Shown here: in pieces, positions 18,573 through 33,137 of the stretch | How the letters are laid out: every line of letters begins with the position of its first letter | Numbering within the stretch: the first letter of the stretch is position 1 | NCBI GenBank assembly: GCA_963726975.1 | Contig: CAVSEK010000004.1 | Span: 455,519 to 519,518, forward strand | Reading direction: 5' to 3' | Length of the DNA stretch: 64,000 bases | DNA from: an uncultured Actinomycetota bacterium | GTDB taxonomy: Bacteria; Actinomycetota; Actinomycetes; Mycobacteriales; SCTD01 | Notes under the pieces: model-generated | What the model was told of the DNA's origin: nothing | The model's input: only the letters and a program-made list of their open reading frames with translations | Databases searched by the model: none | Position numbers and translations under genes: made by a program

Positions 18573-18600
18573 TACTGCCGCACCAACCCGACGTCGTCAA
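18572..18600 (-). promoter_or_regulatory. putative sigma-A-type promoter (-35 TTGACG, 17 nt, -10 CAGTAT) giving a leaderless mRNA
   Basis: Read on the minus strand. The -10 ends 7 nt before GTG 18564. Same gtgCTTGACG -35 context as at 51185-51193. Confidence 0.55.
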
Positions 18601-18759
18601 GCACCTGTGCACAGCCCGAGACCCCAGCACGCGAGGGCCGCGCCGCCCTCCTCGACCCGCGCGCCGTCACCTCTGCCAGCCGCCTCAGGCGACGACCCCG
18701 AGCACCTGTCGGCGGCGCCCCCGGGACCGGCCACGGCCGGACGGGCCGCCTCGCCGCCC

Positions 18760-18795
18760 CGCACGCCCCGCACGCCCCGCACGCCCCGCACGCAC
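18760..18795. repeat. 9-bp tandem repeat, 3 perfect plus 1 imperfect copy (CGCACGCCC)
   Basis: Read directly in the intergenic space between the MFS stop (18807) and the DUF222-HNH promoter. Confidence 0.85.
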
Positions 18796-18806
18796 TCAGG
18801 GCACGC

Positions 18807-20111
18807 CTACGCGTGCGGCTCCCGCGCGTCGTACGCCCGGAAGCGCGGCACGACCGCCGCCACCGCGAGCACCAGGCCGACGCAGGCGAGCCCGCCGGCG
18901 ACCACCGCCCCCTGCAGCCCGGCCACCGAGGCCCCGGCGCCGGCCCGAGCGTCCCCGAGCCGCGGCCCGCCCGCGACGACGACGATGAAGACGCCGCCGA
19001 GCCGCCCGCGCATCTCGTCGGGCGCCGCCGCCTGCAGGATCGCGGTGCGGAACACCGCCGACACCATGTCCGCGGCCCCCGCGACCGCCAGCAGCACGAG
19101 CGCCAGCCACAGCCGGTCGGTGAGGCCGAACAGCGCCACCGCGACACCCCAGGCGACGACGGCGGCGAGCACCGCCATCCCCTGCCGGTGCACCCGCCCG
19201 AACCACCCGCCCCCGAGCGCCCCGAGCAGCGCTCCCGCGGCCAGCGCGGAGTAGAGGGCCCCCGCCGTCTCCGCCCCGCCGCCGAACACCTGCTCCGCCA
19301 GCGCGGGGAACAGCGCCCGCGGCATCGCGAAGACCATCGCGACGAGGTCGACGACGAAGGTCAGCAGCAGCACCTGCCGGGTGGCGAGGAACCGCAGCCC
19401 CTCCACGACGCTCGTCAGCCCGGCCCGCCGCCCGCCGCCCTCCGGCGCCATCGACGGCAGCCGGGCCACCGCCCAGAGCGAGGCGGTGAAGGAGACGGCG
19501 TCCAGGGCGTACGCCGTGCCGAACCCGTAGCGGCCCACGAGGACCCCCGCCAGCAGCGGTCCCGCGGTGACCCCGATGTTGAACTCGACCTGCCGCAGGG
19601 CGTTGGCCGCGGGGAGCAGCCCCACCGGGAGCAGCCGCGGCACGAAGGCCTGCCGCGCCGGGCTGTCGAGCGCGAACAGCCCCGACTGGCCGGCCACCAC
19701 GAGGTAGAGCAGCCACGTCTGGTCGAAGGACAGCAGCGCCTGCACGAGCAGCACGCTCGACAGGACGGCCTGGCCGGTCGTGGTCAGCAGGACGAGCTTG
19801 CGGCGGTCGACCGCGTCGGCGACCGCGCCGCCGTACAGGCCGAAGAGCACGATCGGCAGCAGCCCGGCGAGACCCACCAGGCCGACGGCCAACGCCGAGC
19901 CGGTCAGCGCGTACACCTGGATCGGCACCGCGACCGTCGTCACCTGGGTGCCGACGACGCTGACCGCGTCACCGACCAGCAGGTCGCGGTACGGCCGGGA
20001 GACCCGCAGCGGGGTCGTGTCCAGGGCCAGGCCGCGCACCCGGGCGCGCAGCCCGGCAGCGCGCTCGATCGTCTCGGGGCGGCCGTCGCCGGGCGACGGG
20101 TCGGTGCTCAC
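18807..20111 (-). CDS. MFS transporter (EntS/DHA3-like)
   Basis: 434 aa, 12 predicted TM helices, MFS loop GLYGGAVADAVDRRKL. Intact frame. Confidence 0.88.
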   Translation of the reverse strand: MSTDPSPGDGRPETIERAAGLRARVRGLALDTTPLRVSRPYRDLLVGDAVSVVGTQVTTVAVPIQVYALTGSALAVGLVGLAGLLPIVLFGLYGGAVADAVDRRKLVLLTTTGQAVLSSVLLVQALLSFDQTWLLYLVVAGQSGLFALDSPARQAFVPRLLPVGLLPAANALRQVEFNIGVTAGPLLAGVLVGRYGFGTAYALDAVSFTASLWAVARLPSMAPEGGGRRAGLTSVVEGLRFLATRQVLLLTFVVDLVAMVFAMPRALFPALAEQVFGGGAETAGALYSALAAGALLGALGGGWFGRVHRQGMAVLAAVVAWGVAVALFGLTDRLWLALVLLAVAGAADMVSAVFRTAILQAAAPDEMRGRLGGVFIVVVAGGPRLGDARAGAGASVAGLQGAVVAGGLACVGLVLAVAAVVPRFRAYDAREPHA

Positions 20112-20130
20112 CGCAACAGTCTGGACCGCG

Positions 20131-20793
20131 TCACGGCGAGAGCCGCTCCACCCGCCACCCGTCGGCCGTACGCCGGTAGCGCAGCCGGTCGTGCAGCCGC
20201 GAGGGCCGGCCCTGCCAGAACTCCACCGCGTCCGGCACCACCCGCCAGCCGCCCCAGAACCCCGGCACCGGCACCTCGCCGTCGGCGAAGCGCTCCTCCA
20301 GCTCGGCCTGCCGCGCCTCGAGCACCTCCCGCCCCTCGACCACCGCCGACTGGTGCGACACCCACGCCCCGAGCTGCGACCCGCGCGGGCGGGAGCGGAA
20401 GTACGCCTCGGTCTCGGCGCGGGAGACCTGCTCGGCCCGCCCGGTCACCACCACCTGGCGCTCCAGCTCGACCCAGGGCAGCACGAGCGAGCAGGCCGGG
20501 TTGGCGGCCAGCTCGCGGCCCTTGCGGCTGGTGAGGTTGGTGTAGAGCACCAGGCCCCGCTCGTCGAGGCCCTTGAGCAGGACCGTGCGGGCGCTGGGCA
20601 CGCCGTCCGGCGTGGCCGTGGCCAGCACGACGGCGTTGGGCTCGACGAGGCCGGCGGCCTCGGTGAGCCAGCGCGCCAGCTGCTCGGACCAGGTGCCGGC
20701 GAGCTCGTCCTCGGCCAGCCCGGCCCGGGTGTAGTCGCGGCGCAGGTCGGCGAGGTCGGGCGGCTCGGGCGGCACCCCGGCAGGGTCCCCCAC
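20131..20793 (-). CDS. pdxH: pyridoxamine 5'-phosphate oxidase PdxH
   Basis: Blocks [18 protein letters not shown] and [16 protein letters not shown]....DGW..ERLSP are typical of PdxH. Confidence 0.92.
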   Translation of the reverse strand: MGDPAGVPPEPPDLADLRRDYTRAGLAEDELAGTWSEQLARWLTEAAGLVEPNAVVLATATPDGVPSARTVLLKGLDERGLVLYTNLTSRKGRELAANPACSLVLPWVELERQVVVTGRAEQVSRAETEAYFRSRPRGSQLGAWVSHQSAVVEGREVLEARQAELEERFADGEVPVPGFWGGWRVVPDAVEFWQGRPSRLHDRLRYRRTADGWRVERLSP

Positions 20794-20892
20794 GGCCCGG
20801 CCTCCCCGCCTCCCGGGTCTCGGGCAGAATGCCGGTCAGACCCGGCGCAGGCCCGCCTGCCCCGACCCTTCGAGCACCCGCGGAGTCTCACC

Positions 20893-22011
20893 ATGGCCGA
20901 CGAGACCGTGTTCAAGCCCGGCCTGGAGGGCGTCGTCGCCTTCGAGTCCGAGATCGCCGAGCCCGACAAGGAGGGCTCGCGCGCTGCGCTACCGCGGCGT
21001 CGACATCGAGGACCTCGTGGGCCAGGTGTCCTTCGGCAACGTGTGGGGGCTGCTCGTCGACGGCCGCTTCAACCCGGGCCTGCCGCCGGCCGAGCCGTTC
21101 CCGCTGCCGGTGCACTCCGGCGACATCCGCGTCGACGTGCAGAGCGCCATCGCCATGCTCGCGCCGGCCTGGGGCCTGCAGCAGATGCTCGACATCGACG
21201 TCGACCAGATCCGCGACGACCTCGCCCGCGTGTCGGTCATGGCGATGGCCTTCGTCGCCCAGAGCGCCCGCGGCCTCGGCCGCCCGATGGTCCCGCAGAG
21301 CGAGATCGACAAGGCCGGCAGCGTCGTCGAGCGCTTCATGATCCGTTGGAAGGGCGACCCCGACCCGGCGCACACCCGCGCCGTCGACGCCTACTTCGTC
21401 TCGGCCGCCGAGCACGGCATGAACGCCTCGACCTTCACCGCCCGCGTCGTCGCCTCCACCGGCGCCGACGCCGCCGCGGCGATCTCCTCGGCGGTCGGCG
21501 CGCTGTCCGGCCCGCTGCACGGCGGCGCTCCCTCCCGCGTGCTGCAGATGCTCGACGACGTCGAGAAGACCGGCGACGCCACGACGTACGTCAAGGCCGA
21601 GATGGACGCCGGGCGGCGGCTCATGGGCTTCGGGCACCGCGTCTACCGGGCCGAGGACCCGCGGGCCCGCGTGCTCCGCCGTACGGCGAAGGAGCTCGGC
21701 TCGCACCGCTACGAGGTCGCCGAGGCGCTGGAGAAGGCCGCGATCGAGGAGCTGTCGGCGCGCTACCCCGACCGCCCCCTGCGCACCAACGTGGAGTTCT
21801 GGTCCGCCGTCGTGCTCGACTTCGCCGAGGTCCCCGCCCACATGTTCACGTCGATGTTCACCTGCGCCCGCACGGCCGGGTGGAGCGCGCACATCCTCGA
21901 GCAGAAGCGGCTCAACAAGCTCATCCGCCCGTCGGCGAAGTACGTCGGCCCGGCCCCGCGGCCGGTCTCCGAGGTCGCGAGCGGCACGCTGCCCGACGGC
22001 AACCAGGTCTG

Positions 22012-22012
<1 letters not shown>
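20893..22012 (+). pseudogene. citA: citrate synthase 2 (CitA-type); one frame hop near 20977-20985
   Basis: MADETVFKPGLEGVVAFESEIAEPDKEGS in one frame, then ALRYRGVDIEDL...GPLHGGAPSRV...MGFGHRVYRAEDPRA in track ORF 21017..22012. Confidence 0.88.
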
Positions 22013-24435
<2,423 letters not shown>

Positions 24436-24442
24436 GCCGGCG

Positions 24443-24673
24443 GTGATCGTGCTCGACGCGCTCGGCCTGCTCGCGGTGCTCGGCGCGGCCGGTGCCCTCG
24501 GCTTCCTGCTCGGCAAGGCGCAGGGCCGGCGCGAGGGCGCCCGCGACGAGGCGGCCGCGCTGCGCCGCTCGCTGCTGCTCGACCTGCAGACGCGGGCCAC
24601 CCTGGACCCCGCGTTCGAGCAGCAGTTCGTCGCGCTCGTCACGAAGGTGCTGGACGCCCCGGACCGGGGGTAG
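24443..24673 (+). CDS. small membrane-anchored hypothetical protein (76 aa)
   Basis: GTG start 8 nt after the SPFH stop. One N-terminal TM helix and good GC3 bias. Confidence 0.55.
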   Translation: MIVLDALGLLAVLGAAGALGFLLGKAQGRREGARDEAAALRRSLLLDLQTRATLDPAFEQQFVALVTKVLDAPDRG

Positions 24674-24683
24674 TGCCCGGTCC

Positions 24684-25174
24684 ATGAGCAAGGGCCCCGG
24701 GACGCGGGACGAATCGACCGACGAGACCGCCGACCGCAACTGGGGGGGCTGCTGCAGGAGCTGCGGGTCACGCAGACCGGCGTGCAGATCCTGTTCTCGC
24801 TGCTGCTGACCGTGCCGTTCTCCGCGCGGTTCGACAAGACGACGCACTTCCAGCGCACGGTCTACGCCGCGACGCTGCTGTTCGCCGCGGCGGCGATCAT
24901 CGTGCTGGTGACGCCGGCGTCGTACCACCGCCTGCTGTTCGGCAGCAGCGACAAGGAGCGCGTCGTCGTGGTGTCGAGCCGGCTCGCCGTCATCGGGCTG
25001 CTGCTGCTCGCGCTGGCCGTCAACGGCGTGCTGCTGCTCGTCTTCGACGTGCTCTACCCCCCTGGTCTCGCGGTCGGCGCGGTGGGGCTGGTCGCGACGC
25101 TCGTGAATGTTCTTCGGCCTGGCCGTGCGGCGGCTGCGCACGCGCCCGGCCGACGCGCTCCGAGCAGCGGCTGA
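24684..25174 (+). pseudogene. DUF6328-like membrane protein; frame hop in a G7 run near 24745 and possibly another near 25100
   Basis: MSKGPGTRDESTDETADRNW then (E)LLQELRVTQTGVQILFSLLLTVPFSARF (track ORFs 24492..24809 and 24782..25174). Confidence 0.65.
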
Positions 25175-25178
25175 CCGG

Positions 25179-26451
25179 CTACGGCGCCGGGCCCCGCACG
25201 TGCACGTGGGGGTGGCGGCGCAGCAGGTGCGGCTCGACGACCAGCGAGCGGCTGCGGGTGAGGTAGACGGCGCCGACGCACCGCACCGAGGGCGCTCACG
25301 CCGCCGCCGATCGAGCAGGCCCGAGCGCGGGCCGAGGACCTCGGCAGCGGCGCCGATGACCGGCGCGCCGAACGGCGTGCCGCCGAGGAAGACGAGGACG
25401 TACAGCGCCATCACCCGGCCGCGCACGTGCGGCGGCGCTGCCGAGCTGCACGAGCGTGTTGGCGGTCGTGGTGAAGGTCAGCACCGCGAAGCCGGTCGGC
25501 ACGAGCAGCACGCGCCAGCACCGCGTAGGTCGGCGCCAGGCCGACGAGCGACCTCGAGCAGGCCGAAGACGCAGCGCGGCCGAGCAGCAGCCGGCGCAGC
25601 CGCGGCGGCCCGCTGCGGCGGGCGCTGGCGAGCGCGCCGAGCAGCGAGCCGACGGCGAGCATGCTGCTGAGCAGGCCGAACGACGACGCGCCCCTGGCCG
25701 AAGACCTGCTTGGCGAGCAGCGCGAGCGTGACCTGGAAGTTCAGGCCGAACATCCCGATGACGCCGACGAGCGCGATCGGTGACGAGCAGGTCGGGGCTG
25801 CGCCGGACGTAGCGCAGCCCCTCGCGCACCTGGCCCGCGGGCCCGGGCGACGCGCGCGGCCGCGTGCAGCTCGTCGGCGCGCATGAGCGACCAGGCCCGG
25901 CGACGACGGCGACGTAGGAGACGGCGTTGCCGAGGAAGACCCAGCCGGTGCCGGCCGCCGCGATGACGAGCCCGGCGAGGGCCGGGCCCGACGATGCGGG
26001 CGGAGTTGAAGATGGCGCTGTTGAGGCTCGACCGCGTTGGGCAGGTCGTCGGGCCCGACGAGCTCGACGACGAACGCCTGGCGCACCGGGACGTCGACGG
26101 CGGAGGCGACGCCGAGCGCGAAGGCAGCGCGTAGACGTGCCACAGCTGGACCGACCCCGGTGACGTCGAGCAGCGCCGAGCGCGAGCGCGAGCACGCCCA
26201 TGACGACCTGGACGGCGACGAGGAGCGGTGCGCTTGTCGTAGCGGTCGGCCAGCACCCCGCCGTACATCCCGAGCAGCAGCACCGGCAGGAACTGCAGGC
26301 CCGTGACGATGCCGAGCGCGAGGCCGCTGTCGCCGGACAGCTGCAGCACGAGCCAGTCCTGCGCGATGCGCTGCGCCCAGGTGCCGGTGAGGCTGACGAC
26401 CTGGCCGGCGGCGAACAGGCGGTAGTTGCGCACCCGCAGCGAGCGGAACAT
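25179..26451 (-). pseudogene. MFS transporter; fragmented over all three minus frames (eight or more hops)
   Basis: MFRSLRVRNYRLFAAGQVVSLTGTWAQRIAQDWLVLQLSGDS...GMYGGVLADRYDKR, then pieces in ORFs 25296..26522, 25478..26143, 25411..25662, 24380..25426 and 25054..25299. Confidence 0.7.
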
Positions 26452-26518
26452 CTGCACGTCGCCGCGCCCCCGGCGGGCGGCCCGCACGGGGGACGGCGCG
26501 GGTCCCGCCTCGGGGCCG

Positions 26519-26943
26519 TCACGCCGCCGCCAGGCGGTCGAGCACGGCGGCGGCCTGCCTCAGCACCTCGCGGTCGGCCGGCTCGAGCGCGCGCAGGCGC
26601 TGGGCGAGCCAGGCGTCCCGGGCCCGGCGGTCCTCGCGCAGCAGCGCGGCGCCCTCCGGGCTGACGCGCAGGACGACCTGGCGCCGGTCGGTGGCGTGCG
26701 CCGCGCGGTCGACGAGGCCGGCGCCCTCGAGCGTCGCCACCAGGCGGGTCATCGACGGCGGCTGGACCCGCTCGTGGGCGGCGAGCTCCCCGGGCTGAGC
26801 GGGCCGTGCCGGTCGAGGGTGGCGAGCGCGGCGAGCTGGCTGAGCGACAGCGACGTGTCGGGGCGCTCGGCGCGCAGCCGGCGCGCCAGGCGCATCACCG
26901 ACAGCCGCAGGGCGCTCGCGAGGGCGGTGTCGGCGGCGGGCAT
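26519..26943 (-). pseudogene. MarR-family transcriptional regulator; one frame hop in a G run near 26790
   Basis: RLSVMRLARRLRAER...LSLSQLAALATLDRHGP joins LSPGELAAHERVQPPSMTRLVATLEGAGLVDR..HATDRRQV (ORFs 26749..26943 and 26519..26752). Confidence 0.85.
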
Positions 26944-26998
26944 GTCCTTAGCCTAGGTCATTACCTCGGCTCACGACATCGAGGCCCTGCGTCCGCGC

Positions 26999-28457
26999 TC
27001 AGGTCAGGGCGTCCTGCAGCGGGTTGATCGCGAAGTAGACGAGGAACAGCGCGACGACCAGCCACAGCAGCGGGTGCACCTCGCGGGCCCGGCCGCCGGT
27101 GACCTTGAGCAGGGCGTACGACACGAAGCCCGCGCCGATGCCGTTGGTGATCGAGTAGGTGAACGGCATGAGCACGATCGTGAGGAAGCACGGGATCGCG
27201 ATCGTGTAGTCGTCGAAGTCGATGCTGCGCACCTGCGTGATGAGCAGGAAGCCGACGACGACGAGCGCCGGCGAGGCCGCCTCGAAGGGCACGACCTCCA
27301 CCAGCGGCGTGAACAGCAGGGCCAGCAGGAACAGCCCGCCCGTCACCACGCGAGGCCAGCCCGGTGCGCGCGCCGTCGCCGACGCCCGCCGCCGACTCGA
27401 TGTAGGTCGTCACCGACGACGCCGAGGCGGCGCCCCCGGCCGCCGCCGCGAGCCCGTCGACGAGCAGCACCCGGTCGGCGCCGGGCAGCTGGCCCTCGTC
27501 GTCGAGCAGCCCGGCCTCCGCCCCGACGCCGACGACCGTGCCCATCGTGTCGAAGAAGTCGGCCAGCATGAGGGTGAAGACGAGCAGCAGAGCGGCGACG
27601 ACCCCGACCCGGCTGAACGAGCCGAACAGCGAGAAGTCGCCCAGCAGGGACAGGTCCGGGGTGCGGACGACCCCGTCGGGCAGGGCCGGCACGTTGAGCG
27701 ACCAGCCGCCCGGGTTGGCGCCGTCCGGGGTGTTGGGGCCCACGTCGAAGACCGCCTCGACGACGGCGGCGACCACCGTCGTGGCCACGATGCCCAGCAG
27801 GATCGCCCCCCGCGTACGGCGGGCGACGAGCACGGCGGTGAGCAGCAGCCCGACGACGAAGACCAGGGTGGGCCAGCCGCGCAGCTGGCCGGTCGCCCCG
27901 AGCTGGACGGGCACGGTGGTGCCCGCCGCGTCGGGGATGCGCCGCACGAAGCCGGCGTCGACCAGCCCGATGAAGGCGATGAACAGCCCGATGCCGACGC
28001 TGATCGCGGTCTTGAGCTCGCCGGGGATGGCGTGGAAGACCGCGGTGCGGAAGCCGGTGAGCACGAGCAGCGTGATGACCAGGCCCTCGAGCACGACCAG
28101 GCCCATGGCGTCGGCCCAGCTCATCTCCGACGCGATCGAGAAGGTGACGAAGACGTTCAGCCCGAGGCCGGTGGCGAGCGCGAACGGGTAGCGCCCCACG
28201 ACGCCCATGAGGATCGTCATCACGGCGGCGACGAAGGCGGTGACCGCGGCGACCTGCGGGATGCCGAGGACGCGGCCGTCGGCGTCCGCCGCGGTCCCGA
28301 TGATGAGCGGGTTGAGCACGACGATGTAGGCCATCGTGAAGAAGGTGGCGAAGCCGCCGCGCACCTCCCGCTGCACGGTCGAGCCGCGCTCCGTGATCCC
28401 GAAGTAGCGGTCGAGGCCGTTCGCGGGCGCGCGGCTGCCCGTCGCGGTGCTGGTCAT
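26999..28457 (-). pseudogene. NCS2-family purine permease (adenine/guanine/hypoxanthine, AzgA/PbuG-like); one frame hop near 27350
   Basis: LDRYFGITERGSTVQREVRGGFATFFTMAYIVVLNP... up to SSVTTYIESAAGVGDGARTGLAS, then VVTGGLFLLALLFTPLV...TNGIGAGF in ORF 26999..27349. Confidence 0.88.
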
Positions 28458-28514
28458 GCGCGGAAGGGTGCCAGACCGGCCGGTCGGCGGGGCCGCCGGG
28501 CGTACCGTGCCGCC

Positions 28515-28769
28515 GTGGCCCTCCCCCGCTTCCTGGTCCCGCCCGAGGGCGAGCGGCGCCCCGACCCGGAGCCGTACGAGCTCGACGACACCCGCGTGGT
28601 CGCCGCCGGGACCGCTCTGTGGCTGCTCGGCCTGGTCGGCCTGCTGGTCGCCCGGTTGCTCGGGGCGGACGTGCACGGCTGGTGGTACGCGATGTGCCTG
28701 TGCGGGGCCGTCCTCGGCCTGCTCGGGCTGCGCTACGTCGCGCGACGCACGGCGCGTCCCACCAGGTAG
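28515..28769 (+). CDS. small two-TM protein (DUF2530-like)
   Basis: In-frame GTG 28515. ...DDTRVVAAGTALWLLGLVGLLV...WWYAMCLCGAVLGLLGL. Confidence 0.55.
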   Translation: MALPRFLVPPEGERRPDPEPYELDDTRVVAAGTALWLLGLVGLLVARLLGADVHGWWYAMCLCGAVLGLLGLRYVARRTARPTR

Positions 28770-28874
28770 GACGGGCGTCCCGCCACCCGGCACCCGGTCG
28801 CGCACCGCAGCACCCGGGTGGCAGGCTCCCTGTGACCGGTGGCACAGGGCCGCCGCGCGTCGCAGGAGGAGCCG

Positions 28875-30884
28875 GTGGCAGAGCTCACCCCCGTCCAGCG
28901 CGAGGTCCTGCAGGCCCTCGTCGACACCGCCGTCCCCTCGCTGGACGTGCCGGACGACCCGACGGGCTTCTGGGCGCTCCCGGGCTCGGCCGTGGGGGCG
29001 CACCTCGGGCTGGAGATGTTCCTGTCCGAGCTGCCCGAGGCCGACCAGGCCGGCATCGCGCAGCTGCTCGACGGGCTCGCCCTGCTCGGCTTCCAGCACC
29101 AGGGGCGGCTGTCCCGGGAGGGCATGCTCGGGACCGCGCTCGCGCTGGCCCCCGAGGCGCTCGTGGCGATCTCGACCCTGCGCGGCGCGGCCTGCATGCT
29201 CGCCCACTCGATCACCGACGAGCAGGGCCGCAACCCGTTCTGGGCCGGCTACGGCTACCCGGGCCCGCAGATCACCCCGCCGCAGGACGAGCCGCACGTG
29301 CGCCCGCACGTCCCGGCGAACGGCGAGGTCCTCGAGGTCGACGTCGTCGTCGTCGGCAGCGGCGCGGGCGGCGGCACCATCGCCGGCGTCCTGGCCACCC
29401 AGGGCAAGAAGGTGGCCGTCCTCGAGGCGGGCGGCGCGACGAGCGAGCGCGACTACCGCCAGCTCGAGATCGAGGCCAGCCAGACGATGATGTACCGCAA
29501 GGGCCTGTCGGTCTCGGCCGACGGCAACATCGGCCTGCTCGCCGGGGCGACCCTCGGCGGCGGCACGACCATCAACTGGCACAACTGCCTCAAGCCCAGC
29601 GCCGAGGTGCGCCGCGAGTGGGCGACCGAGCACGGGCTCACCGACGTCGACAGCCCCGAGTTCGACCGGCACCTCGAGGCCGTGCTGGCCCGGATGAAGG
29701 CCAACGACTCCTGCTCGGACTACAACGGGCCGCACCAGCGGATGGCCGAGGGCGCCGCGAAGCTCGGCTGGTCGGTGCACACCGCCGTCCGCAACGTCGA
29801 CCCGGACACCTACGACCCGGTCGCCGCCGGCTACACGCAGTTCGGCGACCCGACCGGCAGCAAGATGAGCACCCTCAACACCTACCTGCGCGACGCGTAC
29901 GACGCGGGTGCGGTGATCATGTCCCACACGCGCGCCGACCAGGTCTGCACCGAGCAGGGCCGGGCGTGCGGCGTCGCCGCGACCTACACCGACCCGGCGA
30001 CCGGCGAGACCCGCTCGGTCATGGTGCGCGCGAAGGACGTCGTCGTGGCCTGCGGCGCGCTCGAGACCCCGGCGCTGCTGCTGCGCAGCGGCATCGGCGG
30101 CCCGGCGGTCGGCAAGAACCTCTACCTGCACCCGAGCGCCGGGATCTTCGGCGTCTACCCCGAGCAGCAGGACGCCTGGTGGGGGCCGCCGCAGGCCGCC
30201 GTCATGGACGAGTTCCGCGACCTGGGCGACGGCTACGGGATCCTCGTCGAGGGCTCGCAGTGGTACTCCGGCGTCTTCGCCTTCCAGCTCGCCCGCCGCG
30301 ACGGCAAGCAGGCCAAGGAGGCGATGAGCAAGCTCGGCCGGATGTGCGACTTCCTGTTCATCATCCGCGACCACACCGGCGGGGAGGTGACGATCGACGA
30401 GTCGGGCGAGGCGGTGCACACCTACGCCCTCACCGACGAGCGCGACATCGCCGCCTACCGCCAGGGGCTGCGCGTCATGGCCCGGCTGCACGAGGCGGCC
30501 GGGGCCGAGGAGCTGTGGTTCGGCGCCACCCCGCGGGTGTGGCAGCGCGGCGAGGACGTCGAGGCGTGGTGCGACGAGCTCGACCAGGTCCCCATCGGCG
30601 CCGGTGGCCTGTTCATGGGCTCGGCGCACCAGATGGGCTCGGCCCGGATGGGCACCGACCCGGCGACGTCGGTGGCGCGGCCGACCGGCGAGCTGCACGA
30701 CGTGCAGGGCGTCTGGATCGGCGACACCTCCGCCTTCCCGACCCCGTCGGGGGCCAACCCGATGCTCACCTGCATGGCGCTCGCGCACCGCACCGCCGAG
30801 CAGATCTCCGGAGCCCGCGACGAGGCGACCGGCACCGACAAGCAGCGGGCCGACGAGGCCCTCGACGCCGCCCCCGCGGCCTGA
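28875..30884 (+). CDS. GMC-family FAD-dependent oxidoreductase (long-chain alcohol oxidase-like)
   Basis: AGGAGG precedes GTG 28875. [11 protein letters not shown] dinucleotide fold after an N-terminal extension of about 150 aa. GMC C-terminal block MGSARMG.....V.......H...G.W..D.S.FP...G.NP. Confidence 0.88.
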   Translation: MAELTPVQREVLQALVDTAVPSLDVPDDPTGFWALPGSAVGAHLGLEMFLSELPEADQAGIAQLLDGLALLGFQHQGRLSREGMLGTALALAPEALVAISTLRGAACMLAHSITDEQGRNPFWAGYGYPGPQITPPQDEPHVRPHVPANGEVLEVDVVVVGSGAGGGTIAGVLATQGKKVAVLEAGGATSERDYRQLEIEASQTMMYRKGLSVSADGNIGLLAGATLGGGTTINWHNCLKPSAEVRREWATEHGLTDVDSPEFDRHLEAVLARMKANDSCSDYNGPHQRMAEGAAKLGWSVHTAVRNVDPDTYDPVAAGYTQFGDPTGSKMSTLNTYLRDAYDAGAVIMSHTRADQVCTEQGRACGVAATYTDPATGETRSVMVRAKDVVVACGALETPALLLRSGIGGPAVGKNLYLHPSAGIFGVYPEQQDAWWGPPQAAVMDEFRDLGDGYGILVEGSQWYSGVFAFQLARRDGKQAKEAMSKLGRMCDFLFIIRDHTGGEVTIDESGEAVHTYALTDERDIAAYRQGLRVMARLHEAAGAEELWFGATPRVWQRGEDVEAWCDELDQVPIGAGGLFMGSAHQMGSARMGTDPATSVARPTGELHDVQGVWIGDTSAFPTPSGANPMLTCMALAHRTAEQISGARDEATGTDKQRADEALDAAPAA

Positions 30885-30901
30885 CCCGCAGGAGCCCGTC
30901 C

Positions 30902-32344
<1,443 letters not shown>

Positions 32345-32366
32345 CGAGGGCCCGCCCGGAAAGGGG

Positions 32367-33137
32367 CTACTGCACCAGCCGGGCGCGCAGGCGGCGCACG
32401 GCGAGCAGCCAGGTGAGCGCGCCGAAGCCGGCGAGCAGCAGCAGGTGCGCGAGGTCCACCACCTGCAGTCCGAAGGCGGCGTGCCGGACCAGCTCGACGA
32501 GCGAGTGCAGCGGGTTGAGCCGGGCGGCGACCTGCGCCCAGCCGGGCAGCCCGTCGATGGGGAAGAACGTCCCCGCGACGAGGAAGACCGGCGTGAGCAG
32601 GCACGAGATCACGTAGTTGAAGCTGTTGATGCTGGGCACCAGGCCGCTGACCCAGATCCCGAAGCACGCCCAGCCGAAGCCGGCGAGCGCCCCGAACACG
32701 GGCACGAGCAGCATCCCCCAGGCCGGGTCGAGCCCGAAGGCGAGCGCCACCCCCAGCGGCGCCAGGCCGTACGCGCCGGACTTGAGCGCGAGGAACAGCG
32801 CCTCGGCCGTCACCAGGTCGCTGGTGTCGACCGGCGCGGCCAGCATGGCGTCGTAGGTGTGCTGGAACGTCCGCTTCACGAACGTGGCGAACATGCCGGG
32901 GAAGGCCGAGCTGAACAGCACCGACGTCGCGACGACGCCGGTGCCGACGAACTCCTTGTAGTCGTAGCCCCCGACCGTGCTGACCAGCGCGCCGACGCCG
33001 AACCCGAAGGCGAGCAGGTACATGACCGGCTCGACGACCGAGGAGATGGTGGTGGAGGCCCAGTAGCGCTGGTACATCACCCACTCGCGCAGCATCACGC
33101 CGCGCACGGCGGCGGGCTCGACCGCGTAGACGCTCAT
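32367..33137 (-). CDS. ABC-2 type exporter permease
   Basis: Six-TM ABC-2 architecture. Its start overlaps the stop of the ATPase gene. Confidence 0.85.
   Translation of the reverse strand: MSVYAVEPAAVRGVMLREWVMYQRYWASTTISSVVEPVMYLLAFGFGVGALVSTVGGYDYKEFVGTGVVATSVLFSSAFPGMFATFVKRTFQHTYDAMLAAPVDTSDLVTAEALFLALKSGAYGLAPLGVALAFGLDPAWGMLLVPVFGALAGFGWACFGIWVSGLVPSINSFNYVISCLLTPVFLVAGTFFPIDGLPGWAQVAARLNPLHSLVELVRHAAFGLQVVDLAHLLLLAGFGALTWLLAVRRLRARLVQ

Noticed and set aside
28458-28514. A possible purine riboswitch upstream of the NCS2 purine permease.
   Set aside because: Only 57 nt separate the divergent starts. That is too short for a guanine/adenine riboswitch, and no conserved junction motifs were seen.
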